A stretch of DNA of 28,629 nt from Paramecium tetraurelia. Lineage: Eukaryota. The stretch lies in assembly GCA_000165425.1 (NCBI GenBank), contig CT868076.1:62001-90629 (forward strand), given 5' to 3'. Positions 11,384 to 20,295 of the stretch are shown piece by piece. Position 1 is the stretch's first letter, and each line of letters begins with the position of its first letter. The notes below the pieces were generated by a model. It was not told the origin of the DNA. It did no database searches and worked only from the letters and a program-made list of their open reading frames with translations. A program made the translations under genes and the position numbers.

Positions 11384-13695
11384 ATGAACTCCAAACAACA
11401 ACACATGACGGCTTGTCCAGCAATTTTGAAGGGAGATGATCTTCCTGATGATACTCCACTTAAGATGCAGAATTCCAATATCCCAAAACCTATTATTTCA
11501 AAGAAATTAATGCCTTAAGTGAATAATGAAATACTTTACGAAAGACTCAATTAAGAGGCTGAAATATTTAAGTAGAACAATTAAATGTTGAAGGAATATT
11601 ACGAATCAGAAGAATTACGACCCTGCTCATTTGCTCCTTAAACCCTGAATGACGGTTAGGAAAAAAGATCACTCTATTAATTTTTATTCGATCAATAGAA
11701 TCATGTTATGAAAGTAGAATAGAAGTTGGAATAAATTAAATAAAATGAATTGGAACGTGATCTCTAACACCCATATCATCCAAAGACTAATGAATTCAAC
11801 TTTTCGAATAGAAATGAAACAATCCCTACTTATGAGAGATTGTACAATCTGAACTAAAAGAAACCCTCTGAACCATAGATGTAACAATCAGAATCTACTG
11901 TCGATTATAAGCCATTAATTTAATAGAAGTCACAAAACATAGTGCGTAATCAGAAGGTGGAGGACATCCTTTACCAAGATGCCCAAAGGAGATTATAGAA
12001 ACAGAAGGAAGTACAAGATAAGAAAAATACAACCAAAGTAGTCACTGTGAATGTTAAATTCACATCAAACAATAGCGAGAAGATAGTGGCTCAAAAATTC
12101 ATAAGAGAGTTCGAAACTGTAATAGATTGGATTTTTGATCAAACAGGATAAGATAGACCATCAAATGTATCATTCTCAATTGACTATCTCAAATTAGGAG
12201 AAATACTGTAACGTTTAGGATTTTTGAATCAATTGCAATTAAAGGAGAGCAATGAAAAGGCTGTTGAATTTGAGAATCTGCGTTTATCTGAAGAAAGAGC
12301 CTTATTATGCGAAATTTGGACTGTTTTGAGAGGAGATGAACTAGGTGGTATCAGCAAAAGGAACTTGTGTTTATTTTTGTTGACTTTGATTGGCATTACA
12401 GATTTTAAAATCAAAGAATTACCTTCTGCTTAAAATGAAGAGGTTCCTAATTACTAGAAATCCATTCAACCATAATAACATAAAATTGTTACTGCTCATT
12501 AACCTAATGATAGACCTAAGTTAGGAACTATTGATAAGGACGGCAATATCATTTTCACATTCGAAGAGACCAAAAAGATTCAAAAGCAATTCGATATTTT
12601 ATATAGAAATAGATTAGGCTGTGAGGAATTGAAGAAAATTAATTGGAAGGATGAAAACCCCTATAAACCATAAATATTACCTTAATCAAAGCAATTGGCC
12701 AATTAGTTTAGAGAGAAAGTATTAGAATAGACAGCTAATCTAATTGATAATCAGTTGATTAAAGTAAATATACCTGAAAATGGATAAATTACACATGCAG
12801 ATTTGTTGGTTTTACAAAAGAAAGCTGTAGAATATCACAAAGAATAGAAGAAATAAGAGATATTATAATAATAATTAGATAAATGTCCATTCAAACCATA
12901 ATTGATGAGTAATAACAATTACAGTATTGATGAAAGGAAAAGTTAGTCAAAGAAATCTGAGAAATATTTGCAATTGTATTCACTGGCTAAGCCTACTACT
13001 TCAAAAAGAGACAGAACTACAGAAGAAATAGAATATGAAAAATAATAAGAAGAATGCACTTTCCAACCTGGTCTCGTTAACAAAGGAAGTTAATAACAGA
13101 AATAAGAGAATCATTTTGTAAATAAGGATGTAGATAAAACAGTGTAGAGAATGAGATAAGCTAGATAAAGAAGAGAAGAAGTGTAAGGCATGTTGGAAAG
13201 AGGATATAAGAGTAACAAACCAGTATAATAGTAACAACAATCCAACCAATAGTCCAACGTAAGTAGAAGCTAGTCCTAAAATCAATTGAAATAAACAACA
13301 CAGTCATCAAGATAGAAAAGTCTACAATCATAAGAATCGCAATAAATGAATACTTTTTAATCATAGAATTTCCATATGGATGAGTCATAACCAAAGGAAG
13401 AATAGAGTGTCGTTAGATCTGGCAGTTGTAAGACAGTGGTTCTAATTATTATTTAGAGTAGGATGAGAGAATACCTTTGTTATTCGTTGATGTGAATCTA
13501 GGACCAAGTAAGACTGAGAGAATTGTTGTGTATGAAGGGGATTAGTCTTGTGATTTGGCTGCTCGATTTGCTCAAGAACACAATTTGGATGAGTTCATGC
13601 AAGATAAGTTAAAGGAATTACTTGACTACTAAATAAGTGGATTGCTTACTAAAATTGATGAAGAAGAAGGAGCCTTAAGTGATAATGATTAATGA
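11384..13695 (+). CDS. Hypothetical protein with dispersed [FY]xP motifs, a Gln-rich linker and a compact C-terminal domain
   Basis: Starts MNSKQQHMTACPAILKG. Recurrent motifs CSFAP, PYHPKTN, DYKPLI, PYKPQI, CPFKPQL, CTFQP. C-terminus PLLFVDVNLGPSKTERIVVYEGDQSCDLAARFAQEHNLD. Intron 13428-13456; TGA 13693-13695. Confidence 0.82.
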
Positions 13696-13697
13696 TT

Positions 13698-13711
13698 TAT
13701 ATATATATATA
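13698..13711. repeat. (TA)7 microsatellite in the 24-bp gap between convergent stop codons
   Basis: tatatatatatata lies between the TGA ending at 13695 (+) and the TGA at 13720 (-). Confidence 0.7.
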
Positions 13712-13719
13712 CTAAAATA

Positions 13720-14089
13720 TCATTGTTATGATTATCTAATTGATTATTTGCTAGATTCTTATGATTTTAGTTCCAACTCTCTCTCTTTATTTTAATACCA
13801 TTAAACATATTGTTGATCATTTTTCAAATTTTCAATTCCTTATCTAGTCCACTAAGAGACCAAATTCTGATATACATCTGGCTAGTAGTGAGAATGTGTC
13901 ATGTCATATTTCTCCTAATTCTCAAGTCTTTCCAAATCTCTAAAATCTCATTAATTTTTACCTTAGACTGAGAAAGAAGAATATCAAAATGATTGGGAAT
14001 AATAAATAGATGGAGATTAGTATTCTTTGATCGTACATATTTCCAAAATATGATACGAATGATTCACTAGTCAAAGGCTGTTATTCCAT
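13720..14089 (-). CDS. Small single-pass membrane protein (115 aa)
   Basis: MEQQPLTSESFVSYFGNMYDQR-ILISIYLLFPIILIFFFLSL-RDLERLENQEKYDM...WYQNKERELELKSQESSKQSIRQSQQ*. One 22-nt intron (13940-13961) restores the frame. Confidence 0.78.
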
Positions 14090-14140
14090 TTATTGTTGTT
14101 ATTTAAATTAATAATCACATAAATTATTGTCATTTTATTT

Positions 14141-14685
14141 TCATTAAAATTATATAATTTGAGAAATGATATCCATTTCATTCTAGAACTGATTCCCATT
14201 AATCTAGAAATGCTCCTCTTCATGGATACTATTGGCTTAGTATAATTATTAGAAAATATTATTCAAAATTAAAATTATATATATCTTTTAATACTTTATA
14301 ATAGCTATTGTTCCTTAATAAATACTATAGTTTCAATATTGAATATTATTTAATTCTCATCTAATTAGAGACCAATTACTTAATTCTAAATCTGATCCTA
14401 TAATATGTGCTAAAAAGACAAACAGAATTCAAGATCTTTGGAATGAAACATTACAATAATCCCTTACTTATTTAACCTCTACTCTAAAAAACTATATGTA
14501 TCTTTGTTTCTTATGTGTTAAATCCTTACAAATTGTCATCACTCTTCATGTGTCAATTAGGTATTGAGTTCTTTGTAAATACAAACAGAGTATCCATAGA
14601 TTTATTCATTGGTACTATGCAAGGTATCCAAAGTCAAAATGTTGATTGGTTTTGTAGAAGGGATGACCAAATCATTAAAGTCCAT
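14141..14685 (-). pseudogene. Possible small gene or pseudogene of unknown function
   Basis: ATG at 14685 (MDFNDLVIPSTKPINILTLDTL...) runs into TGA-TGA, then the same frame stays open for about 90 more codons. A plausible last exon (LNNIFQQLYQANSIHEEEHFQ...IIQFQ*) ends at 14141. Joining them needs atypical introns. Confidence 0.3.
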
Positions 14686-14701
14686 TATAATTATTAATAT
14701 A

Positions 14702-17072
14702 ATGAATCATAGGGCAATTCGGCCATCGAGTGCTTAACAAAATATATCTCATGTAAGTGACAAGAATGTCTCATTTCATAAGAAGTACTATATTTCATTC
14801 ACTCTTAGCCCTTACAAGTAGCCAAATGTATAGAACGTTTCATAATACAGAGTCAAAGAGAGTGAAAAGTTATTTGAGGAGAGTCTGTAGCTAAAGTTGT
14901 TAATGAATTAATTGAAGGATGAGAATATTAAGCTAAGAACAAGAAACACAAACCTAGAAGTAATAGTGCAATCATCATCTAGAAAGACTTATAAAAATGT
15001 TAAAAAATAATAGAGGAAGTAGAGACTACTGGAAATATGAAACGATTTTATGCCAAACCAAGCACCGACAATCAAATGATTCTCAGTTTCAAAGGTTAAA
15101 TTAAAGAATTGCGATTAAACCTTGATTAAAGAGAATAGGAAATGCTAGCTCTCAAAAAGTCAGCCAAATACACAAAACTCACGGAAATGGAAATTGAAAG
15201 GAAAATGCTATCCGATGAAACAATTCGATTGAAATAAGTTATTGATGAACTAGTTCAATAAAATTTATATGCCTAATAAAAAGAGCATGACTAATAAAAA
15301 ATGTAGGATATGATTTCACAACGAGACAATCTTATTAAGCAGATGCAACTAGATATAGAATCATTTGAAACTGACAACAAAAATCTTTAATCCCAATTGC
15401 AGTAACTCATATCAGCCTATCAAGACCTTGATAGAGAATACGCTAAGTTAGATTAAAGCATGCAGAATAAATTAAAATCCAAAGATAAATAATTAATTGA
15501 ACTCAAAACCCAGCTTACAAGATTGAAAGAGCAATATGATAAAGAAAAGAAAATGCTCCAACAGCCTAAATTTAGTCCTACTCTCAAAACACACAATAAA
15601 GTAGCTAAACGTATTCAAAGTGCTAAACCTCCTGAACAGATCACGAAACCAATCCAATTGGATGAAGTGACTCATATCATTTAGGAGATTAAATACAAAT
15701 TGATTGCTTTGTCACTGCATTCAAAATAAATCGATACTTTACTATTCAATCAATCAGCCTAATAAACTACAATAGGATATTTGACTGAGAAGTTGATAAA
15801 TGATCCATTTTTCCTAAATAAAACCGATGCTAATAACTTTGCTAGATTTTTGATTGAGTCTCCTGAATAAAAGTATCCCTACATTCCCAATCTCTCTATT
15901 GCCTAAGACAACGGATTGATAAGAGGCATGTTCTTTAAAGCAATTGGGTTTTGGGCTTGCTATGATAAAGTTGAAAAGAGAGTATTGGAATCCAGTTTGG
16001 CTAAACTATTCAAAGGATCCTTAAGTTAAGTAGAAAAAGTTATGAGTAGGAATGTGTATACAAAAAAGGATTTTGTTGTTTAAATTTTAAAAATCCTATC
16101 AAAAAAACAGATTAGAGAATTGGAAATCACTTATTTAATTTCAAAAGTAAATTGTATTTCCATCATTAGATCATACTGCAATCAAAGAGTCTGAATACTT
16201 TAAAAGGAGATGCACTTATAAATTACCTAAGAGAACTAGATAAGCTTGACGATGATGAAGATATCAGAGCTGAAGAATTGCAATAATATTATGATAGTCT
16301 AGGGTATTTACAATTTAAATTAATTAAATTAGATAAGAGAAGGGTTTCTTTTTTTATAAGTAATTAAGAAGCAAACAAGAGTAATTGATAGCATTGTTGG
16401 AGACCAAGGAAGACAAAGTGGAGGAAATAGAAACTAATTAACTTAACGATGGAGCCCCCTAGAAGTCAGTTTAACAATATATAATAAAAGGAGGACTAGT
16501 GAGAAGCCATTCTGATCCAGATCCCTTACAAATGCTTCAAATCTAAAAGGATGAGGAAGAAGCAGAAGAAGAGGAGAACTATGAACAAGAGATGTAATAG
16601 GAATACTTAAATTAACAAAAATCATAAAAAGATAAATATCCATTTAATTTCGATGAACAAGAGGGTGAATATGAAAATAATGAGGAAGAGAATGATGATT
16701 ATTAGCCTGATTTAAATAATGCTTAGATTGATGAATAAGATTAATAAGAGGAAGAGGATGATGATTACAACATCAACGTTGATGGAGTCTTTGAGGAAGA
16801 TAATGATGATGAGAATGATTAATGGGAGAAAGTAGAAAATAAAGGAAACTTTCCAGTTCGATAAGAGTAATTATTGTGTTTATAAACAGTCGATAAATTC
16901 CAAACAGTAGACCTACATCCAGTTATGTAAATAAGGTTAATAGAAGTAATAGTGATGTCAAGGCTAGTTTGGCTTCAGAATTGCATCCTACTAAAGAAAT
17001 TAATGAAGAAGGTATGTTATTTTAATTGAATTCTTAGAATATATGGAAGAATAATTTGAAGAAGAAAATTGA
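14702..17072 (+). CDS. IQCE-like coiled-coil protein with a very acidic C-terminal region
   Basis: KESEKLFEESLQLKLLMNQLKDENIKLRTRNTNLE...MILSFKGQIKELR...LKKSAKYTKLTEMEIERKMLSDETIRLK resembles, from memory, the conserved coiled coil of IQCE-family proteins. Several short introns; Glu/Asp-rich at 16550-16830; TGA 17070-17072. Exon structure near 16300-16370 is ambiguous. Confidence 0.7.
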
Positions 17073-17098
17073 TATATAAATTTTATATAAATTAAAAT

Positions 17099-17582
17099 AT
17101 GAAACGAACAAAGGAAACCATTTTCAGAGAGCATCCTGATTGGCAATAAAGATAAGGTGTTAGTGGTCTGAAAGAATTTGATGGAGAAGATTTATGTAAT
17201 TCATAATAGTAATCCAAAAGAATTTGATTCCCGTAATAAGTTTAACAAGGATCAATAAAAATAGTGGATATTCGAGTAAATTGAAGAGAAGAGAAGAAGA
17301 TAAGAATAAGAAAAGGCAGAGGAAATGGCATATGCTCAATAAACCTTAGAAATCAATAGATTCAGGGGAATGTTATAAGATAACTTTGCATCTAGGAAGA
17401 CTGATATGGGTGTTGCCACCAAACAAACAAATCTCCAATTAGTAATCATTCTTTCAATTTATTATTAGGCTAAGGAGAAAAAAGATAAAGAAGAAAGAGA
17501 AAAATAAGAAAAATTGGCCGCTGAACGTGCTGAAAGAGATTTATTACTTGAGCGTGGTCGTAAATAACCATATCAGGGATGA
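17099..17582 (+). CDS. RIB43A: RIB43A-family ciliary microtubule inner protein, short form (~143 aa)
   Basis: GVSGLKEFDGEDLQFDSRNKFNKDQQKQWIFEQIEEK matches the RIB43A/RIBC GEDL signature, followed by coiled coil (NLQLAKEKK). Introns 17196-17220 and 17442-17468; TGA 17580-17582. Confidence 0.85.
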
Positions 17583-17917
17583 TCATCATAAATATGTTTC
17601 ATCTTTTCATATCATAATTAGTTATATTATTTAATCAAATTATAAGTTTATTAAATATAATAATTAACTTCTTTGATTCTCTGGAGCCAAGATAATGAAA
17701 TAACTTGAATCAAAATTTGTATTTAATTCAAATGCTCTAATTTTACTACCTTAAATCTATTATTCTGAGATAGAATGCTTATCTAAATTTTAAAGTTTCA
17801 TTCTGAAAGTTATTATTTTAAAGTATAATTTCTTAGATCATGCAATTTAATACCATCCATATAAATTATCAAAATTGAAAGTAATCTATTATCAATCTAA
17901 TAGAATTTAGCGCTAAA

Positions 17918-20295
17918 ATGCAGTTCAAGAATTTTCAATCGATTAATTTTAATATTAATATGAATTAAAATAAAACGAATTTATATGGAATTTTGGTAGA
18001 TATTTCAGGATCAATGAAATATCCCTATGAAACAATCGAAAAAGGATCCAACTTAGACAAAAAAATACTATAGCCTAATGAATCTCGATTGGCTTCTGTC
18101 TTGTAAATAATTTAGGGGGCTTTAGGGAAACATGATTTAAAAGATGACCATCTTTTTTTGTCAGCTTTTGGATGCTACCATGATGTTGAAGTTATAGATT
18201 TGGTACCTTTCTTAAAATCCATAATCAATATCGTGAAATTAATAATTACAATAAGAGGGCTTTAATAATATAGCTAAAATTGTTATAAAGATTATCCTAA
18301 ACTTTTATATGATTTAGTAGAAGGGAATGGAGCTAAAAATTTATCCTAATTTTATAAGCTGCAAGAATTTAGGACCGATATTTCAAATATCAAGGCACAG
18401 TTATTATATAATGAATTCAAAAGGAATAAAAAATAATTAAACTCATTTATAGAAAAACTGCCAAAATAAGTGAAAATGACAAGCAATACTTATAGTGCCC
18501 AAGCTCTATTATTAGGAAGGAAATTTTAATCTACTTTAAACCCTATTATTTCAAAAAAACAAAAAAAGATTTAGCAGTAATTACTTAATTTGGATAATTG
18601 TATTCCATTTGATTATTTTTTTGGCAAAATTTAGGAATGCTTACAACCTATATTAGACGAGATTTAAAAGTTAAATAATAAAAATAATAACAAAGCTGAT
18701 GATCTTGAGAATAAACTATAATAAATTCTAGAAAAAGTAAAGAATTAATAATAATAAAAATCAATTGAATATTTATAAGATAAATTGAGAGAAATATAAA
18801 ACATTTAAGAAAACATTATACAAGTTTTGAAGCAATACAGTTTTATTCCTAATGATTTGATTAATGAACAAATAAACCTAGAAAAATTCTAGATTATCAG
18901 CATAGAAGAAGTAGTAAAAGACATTAAAATCGAGGAATATCAATCAAAATATCAAATGAAAAAGGAAGATTTAGATTTTTTTAAGTCATTTGAATCGATT
19001 TGCTATGGATGTACTCCATTGAAGAAAAGTTTGGAGTTGACTTTAAAAACTGCATTCTTAGAATTCAAAAATAAATTCTTGTTTATTGTATCTGATGGAG
19101 ACTCAACTGATGGTAATCCTGTAGAGTATGCGACAGAGTTAAAAAACAAAGGATTTATTATATTTTGTTATTATATTAGTTCTAGTAACAGTGCCTCGAG
19201 TAAAACTAGTTGTATTCAAAAGTAGAATATATTAAGGGAGAAGGAGCCAAGACAATGTTTGAAATAAGTTCTGAATACTCAAATTTTGAGTTTCCTTTAC
19301 GATAAATAGAAAATTATACAAATATCAAATTATCTTAGGATGGCAAAAGCAGATTATTTTTATAAAGTAATAATTCAGAGTCATTTAAATAATTTCTTGA
19401 TTATTTCATGAAAATCTCGAAAGATAATGATAAATTGATTGAAATCGCTGGGAGAATTACAATAGAAAAGTAAATGAGTTCCAGTAAAGGATTTTAACCA
19501 AAGCGATAAATTGGAGGAACATGTTATGCAACTTCTATTGCAACTGTCTATTCTATAATGTTGTAAAAGATTTATAAAAGAGAAGGTGATTACCCAGGCT
19601 TCTTTCGAATAAGGGATCTATTAATACAAGAGTATGGGAAACATGGGGCAATCACCTCTAAGGTTGTTTAAGAAACTTGCTCATACTATAGATTGCAATG
19701 TCGCAAACTAAAATCTATTAGTAAAATCAAATAAGCTTTACATTAGTAGAGACCAATCATTGCAAGATTTGCTTTGTGTGACGATTAATGGAATGCTAAT
19801 ACTGAGAATCAGATGGGATTTATACCTTTCTTTGAAAGAAACCCATTTGGTATTTTGACTACTGTAGGGCCGCAATCAAACAAGAATATAGGAGGACATT
19901 CAGTTGTTTTGTACTCCTATACTGAAGATTACTACTTATTTATTAATTCATGGGGAACTAGTTGGGGAGATAGAGGGTTTTTTAAAGTATAAAGTTTGGA
20001 TGTCTTAGGTGAAATGGAGTTTATAGAGGTTTTTTGGGAAACAACTGATTTAACGGAATCAGAAAAAAAGGTATTTAAGGAGGATGCTGGATAAAAAATG
20101 AATAAGTTTTACTAGAATTACTTAAGTTCAATTGGAAATATCAAATACACTTGTCCGAAATGTTTTTAATAATCTTTTATAAATTAATATAAAGGAAATT
20201 ATTATGATGCAGAATGTCCAAAATGTAACTAGTAATTTCATTCAGAATCACTTGGTTCATTATTTGTAGACTATCTAAATGGCAAGAATATTTGA
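17918..20295 (+). CDS. VWA (split by a helical insert) + papain-like C1 cysteine peptidase + C4 zinc-ribbon protein, ~780-790 aa
   Basis: MIDAS motif GILVDISGSM (DxSxS at 17999-18013); later VWA motifs YGCTPLKKSL and FLFIVSDGDSTDGNP. Protease motifs RQIGGTCYATS (Cys 19522-19524), GGHSVVLYSY (His 19897-19899) and FINSWGTSWGDRGFFKV (Asn 19945-19947). CPKC-x17-CPKC near the C-terminus. One frame break at ~19200-19225. Alternative start at 17960. Confidence 0.88.

Noticed and set aside
12229..16643. Hydrophobic minus-strand ORFs (12229-12414, 13001-13394, 15493-15675, 16443-16643)
   Set aside because: Antisense to Lys/Glu/Gln-rich plus-strand genes; the apparent hydrophobicity is the reverse complement of purine-rich codons.
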